A stretch of 38,616 bases of DNA from Candidatus Iainarchaeum sp. (lineage in GTDB: Archaea > Iainarchaeota > Iainarchaeia > Iainarchaeales > Iainarchaeaceae), in the NCBI GenBank assembly GCA_043812975.1, contig JBDRLP010000063.1, positions 1-38,616 of the forward strand, read 5' to 3'. Numbering within the stretch: position 1 is the stretch's first letter; every line of letters begins with the position of its first letter. The notes below the pieces were generated by a model. The model did no database searches. It was given only the letters and a program-made list of their open reading frames with translations, and had not been told where the DNA came from. Below, piece after piece: positions 18,426 through 27,108 of the stretch. A program made the position numbers and the translations under genes.

Positions 18426-19859
18426 TTATCCGTTCTTGTCGAGATGTCTTGCACCTCTGAAATTATCTATTTCTCCAGCGTAAAGAGCGGTAAAATCCTT
18501 TATTATCTTTTTTGCCTCTTCCATGTTTCCTGATGTGTGCTTATAATGATCCATAACAAGATCAGTGTTCACCTCAAGAAGTAGTTTGTATGCTTGCGCA
18601 TCAGGAATACTCATATTATTAATAAAAATCAAATCAGAGTTCTTGAATTTCTTGAAAAAATCTTCTGCTCCGCCAAGTTTTCCCTGTTTAATAAGAGTGT
18701 AATATAATGGGCTTCCCGGGTAGGGAGTTACAGGCCTGATTGTTCTGCACTGGTCATAGGTGTTGTATTTCATTATGAGGTTGGCGTTATTCCTCAGTAT
18801 TTCTGCAGTATCTCCAAAGTTGTTCCAAATAAAATTCAGCCCCATTCCTACTCCGCCGACTTTTTTCACGACCTCAAGGGCATTAATGTTCTTTTCAACA
18901 GTAGTATTCTTTTCCATTATCTTGAGAACGTTATCATCAGATGACTCGAAACCGAAATTAATGAATGTGCATCCGCATCTCTTAAGTATTTCTATAAGTT
19001 CTTCATCAATTAAATCAACACGGGCATTGCATGAAAATTTTATTTTAAGATTTGCCTCTTTAAGAGCTTTCTCAAACTCGCGCAGGCGTGTTTTTGACAG
19101 TACAAAAAGTTCGTCCAGAAAATAATAGCAGGTCACTCCATATTTTTCATAAAGAATCTTTAGTTCTTCTATAATATTCTGGAGGCTTCTTACTCTAATT
19201 CCTCTCTCGAGCCTATAACAAAAATTACATCTGTTGATGCATCCTCTGCTTGAAAGAAAAACAAAAGTTTTTTCCCCTGGGTCCTGTTTGAAAAATTTTA
19301 TTGAGTTAACATATTCTTCCATTGGAAAAATTTCCCAAAGCGGAAATGGAATTTCATCAATATTACTAATGGGAGCATCTCTTTCGTTAACAATCAGTTC
19401 TCCGTTTTCTATGTAGGAAATGCTCTTAATATCCTTCAATGGTTTGTTGTGTATTTTTGCATCCAAAAGTTTGATTATTCCTTTTTCAAATTCACCAATT
19501 GCAATGATATCTGCTTTTGTTTCTTTGAGCATATATTCTGGAATTGGAGATGGACCAGAACCTCCAAGAACAAACCATGCATTTTTTTTATGAGCATTAA
19601 TTGTTTTACATAACTCTCTTATAGTTTCCTCGAAACGTGCTGCCATGAAGCCTAATCCTATCAAATCATATTCATTTTCATCAAGGTGTTTTGCAAGATC
19701 CTCATTAGTGTAATGAAAAATATCCATGCAGTATGCTTCCACCTGAGCGCCATTCTCATGCAGAACTGCAGCAAGATATGCCGGACCAAGAGGAAGAAGA
19801 TTGTCATCTTGGTAAACATCATGAATAATGAAAAGAACCTTGTTTTTCTTTGTAAACAT
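18426..19859 (-). CDS. Cobalamin-binding radical SAM protein (class B methylase-like)
   Basis: N-terminal B12-binding domain ('PLGPAYLAAVL', 'VLGG', 'GEFE'); 'SRGCINRCNFC' CxxxCxxC; 'GFES', 'TPYPGS'. Confidence 0.9.
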   Translation of the reverse strand: MFTKKNKVLFIIHDVYQDDNLLPLGPAYLAAVLHENGAQVEAYCMDIFHYTNEDLAKHLDENEYDLIGLGFMAARFEETIRELCKTINAHKKNAWFVLGGSGPSPIPEYMLKETKADIIAIGEFEKGIIKLLDAKIHNKPLKDIKSISYIENGELIVNERDAPISNIDEIPFPLWEIFPMEEYVNSIKFFKQDPGEKTFVFLSSRGCINRCNFCYRLERGIRVRSLQNIIEELKILYEKYGVTCYYFLDELFVLSKTRLREFEKALKEANLKIKFSCNARVDLIDEELIEILKRCGCTFINFGFESSDDNVLKIMEKNTTVEKNINALEVVKKVGGVGMGLNFIWNNFGDTAEILRNNANLIMKYNTYDQCRTIRPVTPYPGSPLYYTLIKQGKLGGAEDFFKKFKNSDLIFINNMSIPDAQAYKLLLEVNTDLVMDHYKHTSGNMEEAKKIIKDFTALYAGEIDNFRGARHLDKNG

Positions 19860-20045
19860 CAGTTTAACCCTTTAAATCCGTATTTTTATATACAGATGAA
19901 TAGTAAATATTTTCACAACATTGTTTAAAACACTTGTCTTTTTTCTTTCTGCCGTATTTTTTGGCAAATTACCAAATTATTGTTGTAACAAAAATAATAT
20001 TAACAACAAAAAATTTAATATAAACAAACTAACTGAGACAATCAT

Positions 20046-20732
20046 ATGAACAATTACAATATTCTAGCAATAATTCCTGCAAGAGGCGGTTCTAAAGGCT
20101 TGCTAAAAAAAAATATTAAACTGCTTAACAAAAGGCCACTTATTTATTATGCTATTAGTGAAGCGAAAAAAGCAGGAATAAAAAAAATTGTTGTATCTAC
20201 TGATAATAAAGAAATAGAAAAAATAGCAATTAAACACGGAGCGCAAACAATTATTCGGCCTAAAAAACTCGCAGGAGATTCAACCCCATTGCTTCCTGTT
20301 ATAAAACACGCATTATCAGTTTTGCGTAAAGAAAAATATTTTCCTGATGTTGTTTTGGTTTTGCAGCCAACCAGCCCGCTCAGAAAGGCTTCTGACATAA
20401 AAAAAACATTAAAACTTCTTTATGGTTCAAAATCTGATTCAGTTATTTCTGTTACAAAACTAAGAAAACCTTTAGAGTGGATTCTTGAGAAAAATAACAA
20501 AGGTTTTCTTGTGAATAATTCCAGCAAAAAAATTTATGCAAGACAGCAGGCTAAAGAAAGATACTACCCTAATGGCGCAATTTTTGCGTCACGGACAGAA
20601 TCAATAATGAAAAATAATCTGCTTTATGGTCCTAAGACAATAGGTTATGTAATGCCTGAGGAATCATCAGTTGATATTGATACAGCACTTGATTTTATTC
20701 TTGCAGAAAAATTATTGAAGGGGAAAAAATGA
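20046..20732 (+). CDS. neuA: CMP-nonulosonate synthetase (acylneuraminate cytidylyltransferase, NeuA/LegF)
   Basis: 'IIPARGGSKG...KNI', 'VSTD', 'LQPTSPLR', 'PNGAIF', 'SVDIDT..DF'. Confidence 0.93.
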   Translation: MNNYNILAIIPARGGSKGLLKKNIKLLNKRPLIYYAISEAKKAGIKKIVVSTDNKEIEKIAIKHGAQTIIRPKKLAGDSTPLLPVIKHALSVLRKEKYFPDVVLVLQPTSPLRKASDIKKTLKLLYGSKSDSVISVTKLRKPLEWILEKNNKGFLVNNSSKKIYARQQAKERYYPNGAIFASRTESIMKNNLLYGPKTIGYVMPEESSVDIDTALDFILAEKLLKGKK

Positions 20733-21778
20733 ATATAAAAATAGGTAAAAAAAACATAGGTCCGAATGAAAGGGCATTCATTATTGCTGAAGCAGGAGTC
20801 AACCATAATGGCAGTTTCAGGATAGCTAAGAAGCTTGTGGATGAAGCGGTTGCTGCAGGGGTTGATGCCATAAAGTTTCAGACATTTTCTGCAGACAGGT
20901 TAGTCACGAGAGATGCTCCGAAAGCCGAATATCAGAAAAAAAACACGCATAATTCTGATTCTCAATATTCAATGCTGAAGAAACTCGAGTTAAGTGAAAA
21001 GAATCAAAAAGCACTGAAGAAATATTGTGATTCGAAAAAAATAATTTTTCTTTCTACTCCGCATTCAGGATTGGAGGATGTAGATTTTCTGTCAGGTCTT
21101 AATGTTGAGGCTTTTAAGATTTCTTCAGCCGATTTAACAAATATTCCTCTTATAGAACACGCCGCAAAAAAGCGAAAGCCAATAATTCTGAGCACTGGAA
21201 TGTCCAATTTTGAAGATATTTCAAAAGCAGTTAGTACAATAATAAAAAATGGCAATAAAAAAATAATCCTCTTGCAATGCACTACTTCATATCCATGTAA
21301 ATTGGAGGATGTTAATCTCCTTGCAATAAAAGCAATGGAAAAAAAATTCAATCTCATTGTGGGTTTTTCCGATCATACAACAGGAATACTGGCTTCGCAG
21401 TTGGCTGTTGCAATGGGTGCAAAGTTAATAGAGAAACATTTTACGCTTGATAAGAATATGCCAGGCCCAGATCACTGTGCATCCATTAACCCAAAGCAGC
21501 TTTCGGAATTTGTTCAAGGTATAAGATTAGTTGAAAAAATAATGGGGTCTGAGAAAAAAACAGTTTTACACTCTGAGAAGAGTAATATAAAAACTATTAG
21601 AAAAGGCATTTATGTGACACAACCAATCCCAAAAGGTACTAAAATAACCAGAAAAATGCTTTGTATAAAAAGACCTTTTGCAGGATTACCTCCAGAAAAA
21701 CTCGCTTCAATTATAGGGAAAAAAGCAGTGAAAAATCTTGAAAAAGACATGGCACTGAAAAATAGTTATGTTCGCTGA
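20729..21778 (+). CDS. neuB: Nonulosonate synthase (NeuB/LegI) with C-terminal SAF domain
   Basis: 'IIAEAGVNHNG', 'KFQTF', 'ILSTGM', 'QCTTSYP', 'GFSDHT', 'EKHFTLDK..PGPDH', 'KRP..G'. Confidence 0.95.
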   Translation: MNIKIGKKNIGPNERAFIIAEAGVNHNGSFRIAKKLVDEAVAAGVDAIKFQTFSADRLVTRDAPKAEYQKKNTHNSDSQYSMLKKLELSEKNQKALKKYCDSKKIIFLSTPHSGLEDVDFLSGLNVEAFKISSADLTNIPLIEHAAKKRKPIILSTGMSNFEDISKAVSTIIKNGNKKIILLQCTTSYPCKLEDVNLLAIKAMEKKFNLIVGFSDHTTGILASQLAVAMGAKLIEKHFTLDKNMPGPDHCASINPKQLSEFVQGIRLVEKIMGSEKKTVLHSEKSNIKTIRKGIYVTQPIPKGTKITRKMLCIKRPFAGLPPEKLASIIGKKAVKNLEKDMALKNSYVR

Positions 21779-21781
21779 TTT

Positions 21782-22930
21782 TCAGTTCTCGAAAATTTTT
21801 TTCTGAAGAAGCTTTTGATTTATACTAGTTTTTGCAAGTATTTGGCAAATTTTTTTGCCTGCAGTTCCATTGCCGTAAATTATTCTGGCTTTTTTTGCTT
21901 TTTTAATAAATTTTTTGTCATACAGTGCTTTTATAATTGCCTTTTCAATCTTCTTTGCATCATGAGGCGCATCAATCACATTTGTGCTTCTTTCCCTGCC
22001 GTCCTGTCTAATCCCAATGTTAACTGCAGGTATTCCAAATGCTGCGCTTTCTATTATTCCGCTGCTTGAGTTGCCTACTATTGCTCCTGAAAATTTTAAG
22101 GTACTCAAATATTCCCTTTGTGACAGATTTTTGGATACAATAATCTGTTTCCCCGCATATTTCTTTATTTGTTTTATTATTTTTCTGGCGCCTGAATCCG
22201 AGTTAGGGTAAATCAAAATTGCCTGTACATCTAATCTCATAATTGCATCAAGGGTTTCTTTCATTTGTTTTTCTGCTTTTTCAGATTCAGTTGTCACAGA
22301 ATGCTGAACAACAACAACAAATTTTTTCCCCAGGACAATTCCGTATTTTTTTTCAATCCATTTTTTTCCAAACAATTTTTCTTTAAGAATCGTGTCCATA
22401 CAAGGCGCTCCAACCACATTAATTCTCCATGAGGACTCCCCCATTTTTTTTATTCTTTCAGCGCTTTTTTTTGTTGCAGGAAAATGAATATTTGCAAGTT
22501 TTGTTATTGCGTGTCTTACGGATTCATCAATCCCTGCTCTGCTTATGTCCCCTCCGTGAATGTGTGCAATAGGAATATTCATATAAGTTGCCGCAATTGC
22601 TCCAGCAAAAGCTTCTGTTCTATCCCCAAGAACAACAAGAAAATCAGGTTTTATTTTTTTCATTGAGCTAGCAATTCCTGCAATTCCCTTTCCCATTGAT
22701 TCGGCCATTGAAAAACCATTGTCCTTTTCAGGGTTCATTTTGACTCTGGCGCTAATTCTAAAACCATCTTTTTCTATTTCTTTCACACTGTACCCGAATT
22801 CTTTTGAGAGGTGCATTCCAGTTGCTATCACAAAAAGCCTAAGTTTCGGGTGATTCCTGATTTCTTTCATCACAGGTTTCAAAAGACCGTATTCTGCTCT
22901 TGTTCCGGTGAGTACGCACACATTAATCAT
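21782..22930 (-). CDS. neuC: Hydrolysing UDP-GlcNAc / UDP-diacetylbacillosamine 2-epimerase (NeuC/LegG)
   Basis: 'TGTRAEYGLL', 'TGMHLS', 'LGDRTE', 'HIHGGD', 'DESVRHAITK', 'GNSSSGIIE', 'NIGIRQDGR'. Confidence 0.94.
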   Translation of the reverse strand: MINVCVLTGTRAEYGLLKPVMKEIRNHPKLRLFVIATGMHLSKEFGYSVKEIEKDGFRISARVKMNPEKDNGFSMAESMGKGIAGIASSMKKIKPDFLVVLGDRTEAFAGAIAATYMNIPIAHIHGGDISRAGIDESVRHAITKLANIHFPATKKSAERIKKMGESSWRINVVGAPCMDTILKEKLFGKKWIEKKYGIVLGKKFVVVVQHSVTTESEKAEKQMKETLDAIMRLDVQAILIYPNSDSGARKIIKQIKKYAGKQIIVSKNLSQREYLSTLKFSGAIVGNSSSGIIESAAFGIPAVNIGIRQDGRERSTNVIDAPHDAKKIEKAIIKALYDKKFIKKAKKARIIYGNGTAGKKICQILAKTSINQKLLQKKIFEN

Positions 22931-23673
22931 TTGAGTTCAGCTCTCCATAAAACTAATTTTTTTCCCTTATTGCTGATGTATGCTCCGTTGTATGGTTTTG
23001 AAAAAGCCCTTATTTTTCTTGATATTTCTTCCAGAGTTTCTTTTTCCGGATTAATGCAATTATCCTCTTTCTTTGGTTTTTCAAATTCACTTGCCTTTGA
23101 TTCGTCCTGCTTTTTCCATAATACTTTTTTTTGTGCGATTAGAGGAAGGTATTTTTTCACAAGTTTCTTTCCTGCGTTAATAACCTTTTCATAAACTTCA
23201 GAAGAGTGATCATTTTTCTCAATTAAGAATTTTTCTTGTCCTGCAATATCTCCGTTGTCTATTCCTTCAGAAACACGGAACATTGTTACTCCTGATTCCT
23301 TCCAACCATGGAGAATGCTGTTTATAATTGGAGCAGAGCCTCTTCCTTTTGGCAGAAGAGTCGGATGAAATCCAATGAATCCTTCTTTTGGTATGTTCAA
23401 AATTTCTTTGCCAATAACCTGCCTCCATCCGCACATAACAATCAAATCCGGAGCGAGTTTTTTGATTAATTCTGCTTTGCGGTCCAATCTTTCTATTTCA
23501 AAAACATCTATTCCAAATTCTTTCCATTTTTTGTTTTCTATTCCATCATACATCACGGTTTTCGTTCCTTTTGCGAGTGTGATTATGCCGATAATATTTA
23601 CTTCTTTAATAATAATTGCTTCTTTGAGTAGCTCATATCCAAATTGATTTGCAGACAGCCACAATACATTCAT
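22927..23673 (-). CDS. N10-formyl-THF-dependent formyltransferase (sugar N-formyltransferase)
   Basis: 'GFHPTLLPKGRGSAPI', 'GVTMF', 'GIDNGDI', 'RAFSKPYNGA'; start ATG 23673 or GTG 23682. Confidence 0.88.
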   Translation of the reverse strand: MNVLWLSANQFGYELLKEAIIIKEVNIIGIITLAKGTKTVMYDGIENKKWKEFGIDVFEIERLDRKAELIKKLAPDLIVMCGWRQVIGKEILNIPKEGFIGFHPTLLPKGRGSAPIINSILHGWKESGVTMFRVSEGIDNGDIAGQEKFLIEKNDHSSEVYEKVINAGKKLVKKYLPLIAQKKVLWKKQDESKASEFEKPKKEDNCINPEKETLEEISRKIRAFSKPYNGAYISNKGKKLVLWRAELK

Positions 23674-23675
23674 TG

Positions 23676-24317
23676 CTACCACATTTCCCTGATAATCATG
23701 AATGCTTCCGCGTTTTCTGTGCAGATTTCACTTCCACGTTTTCCTGCTAAAAGTTGTATTCCCTTTGCACTTCTAGGGTGAGGGTTTTTTTTCAATTCTG
23801 ATTTGTAAATTTCAAATGCGCTTATTTTCTTTTTTAAAAATTTTGTTATATCTACCCAAAAATTCGGGCGAAATGTACCAATACCCCATTCAGTTTCCGA
23901 AAGTGTTTCATAACAAAGCAGCCTTATTTTTTTTGGAGGTCTGATTGCAACCATCGTGCCGTTGAAAACCATTGCATGATCCTGATTTAAATCACCCCAA
24001 AAATTAGTGTATACAATATCCGGATTTACTTTATCGACAACTTCTGTTATTTTTCTATTAATTTCTCCATGGGCTATTTCATTAAGTTTTATTGTTGGAA
24101 AATCCAGATTGAATCTTTTTTTTATTTTAAGCAGTTTGTCAACTTTTTTTTGCTCTTGAATTTTTTTTGCAATATATTCCTTTGACCATTTCGGTTCATG
24201 CGCTTTTGTAACAATGCAAACATAAACATCATCTTTGTTAGAGATGTGCCTGCAAATCGTTCCGCCAACCCCAAGTATTTCATCATCCGGATGTGCGCCT
24301 ATAACAAGTACCTTCAT
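23676..24317 (-). CDS. PIG-L/LmbE-family de-N-acetylase
   Basis: 'AHPDDE..G.GG', 'GDLNQDH', 'YETLSETEW', 'PHPRS', 'AEAF'; ATG 24317 with GGAG SD. Confidence 0.9.
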   Translation of the reverse strand: MKVLVIGAHPDDEILGVGGTICRHISNKDDVYVCIVTKAHEPKWSKEYIAKKIQEQKKVDKLLKIKKRFNLDFPTIKLNEIAHGEINRKITEVVDKVNPDIVYTNFWGDLNQDHAMVFNGTMVAIRPPKKIRLLCYETLSETEWGIGTFRPNFWVDITKFLKKKISAFEIYKSELKKNPHPRSAKGIQLLAGKRGSEICTENAEAFMIIREMW

Positions 24318-24410
24318 TTTTTCAGCTCCTTTTAATACTGTTAATTCACTCAAATTAAAATGTTTGGGTACATTCCTTAACCTGTTTAAAGTTGGCTATT
24401 TTAGAAATTG

Positions 24411-24418
24411 TTTTTAAA
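24411..24418 (+). promoter_or_regulatory. Archaeal TATA-like box (TTTTTAAA)
   Basis: 22 nt upstream of ATG 24441, supporting that start. Confidence 0.5.
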
Positions 24419-24440
24419 TATAAAGTATCCTATTTGGTTA

Positions 24441-24839
24441 ATGTCCTCTGAAAGATTCAAAAACTGGGAAATGCCAGAAATAGAAGATGGAAAATTAACC
24501 AAATACAACTGGCTGGTTCAGCACAAGAATGGCTTTGTTTTGGGCGAGAAAACCGATATAGGCGCGTTTACTTACATTAATGCAAAGAACGGAGTGGAAA
24601 TTAAAGAGTTTTGTCAGGTTGGTTCGCATTGCAGTATTTATAGTGAATCAACAATTGATGGTAAAAACGGCAAAGTTATTCTGGAAAAAAACAGCAGAAT
24701 AGGTTCACATACAGTAATAATGCCTGGGGTTACAGTAGGCGAGAACAGTATTATAGGTGCCCATAGTTTTGTGAACAAAGATATTCCTGCCAATGTTGTT
24801 GCACTTGGATGCCCCGCAAAAGTTGTTAAAAAATTGTGA
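24441..24839 (+). CDS. LbH acetyltransferase (functional LegH/PglD candidate)
   Basis: 'TDIGAFTYINA', 'RIGSHTVIMPGVTVGENSIIGAHSFV.KDIP', 'GCPAK'. Confidence 0.85.
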   Translation: MSSERFKNWEMPEIEDGKLTKYNWLVQHKNGFVLGEKTDIGAFTYINAKNGVEIKEFCQVGSHCSIYSESTIDGKNGKVILEKNSRIGSHTVIMPGVTVGENSIIGAHSFVNKDIPANVVALGCPAKVVKKL

Positions 24840-24842
24840 GAA

Positions 24843-26000
24843 ATGTTTTTTATGGAAAAAAAATCAATACCTCTTTTCAAGATTTATTGGGATGAGGAAG
24901 ATGTGAAATCTGTTGAGTCTGTTATAAGGCGCGGAACTTATTGGGCTACGGGTCCTGAGATTGCGGAATTTGAAAAAAATATTGCTGAATATATAGGTAA
25001 AAAATATTGCGTAGCATTCAATTCTGGCACCTCTGCTTTGCACTGCATGCTCCTTGCATATGATATTACAAGCGGTGAGGTAATAGTTCCTTCTTTTACT
25101 TTTATTGCTACTGCAAATGCTGTTGTCATGGCCGGAGCAAAACCGGTTTTTGCGGAAGTTGAAGAAGAGACATTTGGCCTTGATGTTAAGGATGTTGAAA
25201 GGAAAATCAATGAAAAAACAAAAGCAATTATTGTAGTGCATTATGGAGGCATGCCTGCACGCGATACTGAAGTTTTAAAGACTCTTGCAAAAGAAAAAAA
25301 CATTTTATTTTTTGAGGACGCGGCAGAGTCGTGCGGTGCAGAAATTAACGAAAAAAAAACAGCATCTTTTGGCGATGCGGCCATACTAAGTTTCTGTCAG
25401 AATAAAATAATTACTACAGGGGAAGGCGGAGCAGTGCTTACCGATTCTGAAGAAATTTATGAAAAACTCAAATTGTTACGTTCTCATGGAAGACTTGATG
25501 AAGGTGAGGATTATTTTTCTTCGACTAAGGACATGGATTACATTAGTTTGGGTTATAATTTCAGAATGCCTGTAATGTGTGCTGCGCTTGGGAATTCCCA
25601 GCTTGCGAAAATTGACAAGATAATTGAATCCAGAAGAAAAAATGCGGAAATTTTCAACAAAGCACTTTTAGTAATTGACGGGGTGAAAATTCAGAACAAT
25701 CCTGAAAATTTTTTCAGTGTTTATCAAATGTATACTATAAAATTAGAGAATAAATCCGCAAGGGATTCTCTCCAAGAATATTTACAAAAAAACAGTATAA
25801 CCAACAAGATTTACTTTCCTCCATTGCACTTAAAGACCTTCTATAAAAAAATGGGTTTTGGGAAAGGCAATCTTCCAAGAACGGAACGCTTGTCAGATGA
25901 GGTTCTCACAATTCCTTTTTATCCGTCTATGACAAGAGAGGAAATACTATCAATTTGTGAAAAAATAGCAGAATGGTCCGAATTAAGGCGGAAAAATTGA
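24843..26000 (+). CDS. DegT-family PLP aminotransferase (functional LegC/PglE candidate)
   Basis: 'FNSGTSALH', 'EDAAES', 'SFCQNKIITTGEGG', 'LGYNFRM'; start 24843 or 24852. Confidence 0.92.
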   Translation: MFFMEKKSIPLFKIYWDEEDVKSVESVIRRGTYWATGPEIAEFEKNIAEYIGKKYCVAFNSGTSALHCMLLAYDITSGEVIVPSFTFIATANAVVMAGAKPVFAEVEEETFGLDVKDVERKINEKTKAIIVVHYGGMPARDTEVLKTLAKEKNILFFEDAAESCGAEINEKKTASFGDAAILSFCQNKIITTGEGGAVLTDSEEIYEKLKLLRSHGRLDEGEDYFSSTKDMDYISLGYNFRMPVMCAALGNSQLAKIDKIIESRRKNAEIFNKALLVIDGVKIQNNPENFFSVYQMYTIKLENKSARDSLQEYLQKNSITNKIYFPPLHLKTFYKKMGFGKGNLPRTERLSDEVLTIPFYPSMTREEILSICEKIAEWSELRRKN

Positions 26001-26047
26001 GTTTTGAACCAGAGAGTATTAAAACATTTTCAGGGGCTTTTTTAGTA

Positions 26048-27067
26048 ATGGATGCAGAGAAATTTTTCAAGGACAAGGATATTCTTGTTACTGGTGGTTG
26101 CGGATCTGTTGGTTCAGAGATAGTAAAACAACTTCTTGAGTATGACTTGAAAAGAGTCAGGGTTCTTGATAACAGTGAAGTTGCTCAGTTTAATCTTCTT
26201 CAACGCATGGAAAACAATCCAAAGCTTAGAGCACTTATTGGTGACATAAGAGAACCGCAAAGAGTGAAAAGAGCAATGAGGGGTGTTGACATCGTTTTTC
26301 ATGCAGCTGCACTAAAGCACGTTCCATTATGCGAGTACAATCCTTTTGAAGCTGTTTCTACAAATGTTTACGGTACTCAGAATCTTGTTAATATTGCAGG
26401 CGAAGAAGGAGTTGAAAGATTCATTTCAATAAGTACTGATAAGGCAGTTAATCCTATCAACACAATGGGGGCAACAAAGCTCTTAAGTGAAAAAATAGTT
26501 CTCAATGCTTCAATTGGTGATGTGGATACAAAGTTTTCCTGCGTTCGTTTTGGTAATGTTTTGAATTCAAGTGGATCTGTAATACCTATTTTTGAAGAGC
26601 AGATAAAAAAAGGAGGTCCTGTTACTTTGACTTCAAAAGAGATGGTAAGATTTTTCATGTCTCTTCCAAATGCGGTTGAACTCATACTTAAGGCGGCTCA
26701 GGAAATGACCTCCAGAGAAATTTTTATACTAAAAATGAATGCTATGAAAATAATTGATCTTGCAGAAATTATGATTGAAGAAGTTGCTCCAAAATACGGC
26801 TACAATCCTAAAGATATTAAAATAGAAATAATAGGAAAGAGACCCGGTGAAAAAATGTCGGAACTGCTCATGACAACTGAAGAAGCAGAATATGCTGTTG
26901 AAAAAGATAATTTATTCATAATTAAGGAACAGCCGATAAGCATGTACAATACGGAGAAAAAACAATTCTCGGAACCCCTTTCAAAGCAATATGGTGCTAA
27001 TAGTGCAAAGCTCCTTACTAGAGAAGAAATAAGAGAACTATTCAAAAATAATAAGAATCAGGACTAA
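26048..27067 (+). CDS. UDP-GlcNAc 4,6-dehydratase (PglF/CapD-type, soluble)
   Basis: 'TGGCGSVGS', 'FHAAALKHVP..EYNP', 'STDKAVNPINTMGATK', 'RFGNV..S.GSV.P.F', 'RPGEK'; ATG 26048 with TATA 23 nt upstream. Confidence 0.9.
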   Translation: MDAEKFFKDKDILVTGGCGSVGSEIVKQLLEYDLKRVRVLDNSEVAQFNLLQRMENNPKLRALIGDIREPQRVKRAMRGVDIVFHAAALKHVPLCEYNPFEAVSTNVYGTQNLVNIAGEEGVERFISISTDKAVNPINTMGATKLLSEKIVLNASIGDVDTKFSCVRFGNVLNSSGSVIPIFEEQIKKGGPVTLTSKEMVRFFMSLPNAVELILKAAQEMTSREIFILKMNAMKIIDLAEIMIEEVAPKYGYNPKDIKIEIIGKRPGEKMSELLMTTEEAEYAVEKDNLFIIKEQPISMYNTEKKQFSEPLSKQYGANSAKLLTREEIRELFKNNKNQD

Positions 27068-27108
27068 TGCCCCACTATTTTTAAATATCCTATAAGGCTA
27101 ATATTTAA

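Noticed and set aside
22927..23673. Methionyl-tRNA formyltransferase (fmt)
   Set aside because: Shorter than Fmt, sits between a deacetylase and neuC, and archaea do not formylate initiator tRNA
20046..27067. Pseudaminic acid pathway
   Set aside because: No PseG or PseH; dehydratase has Met rather than the PseB Tyr; a hydrolysing NeuC-type epimerase is present
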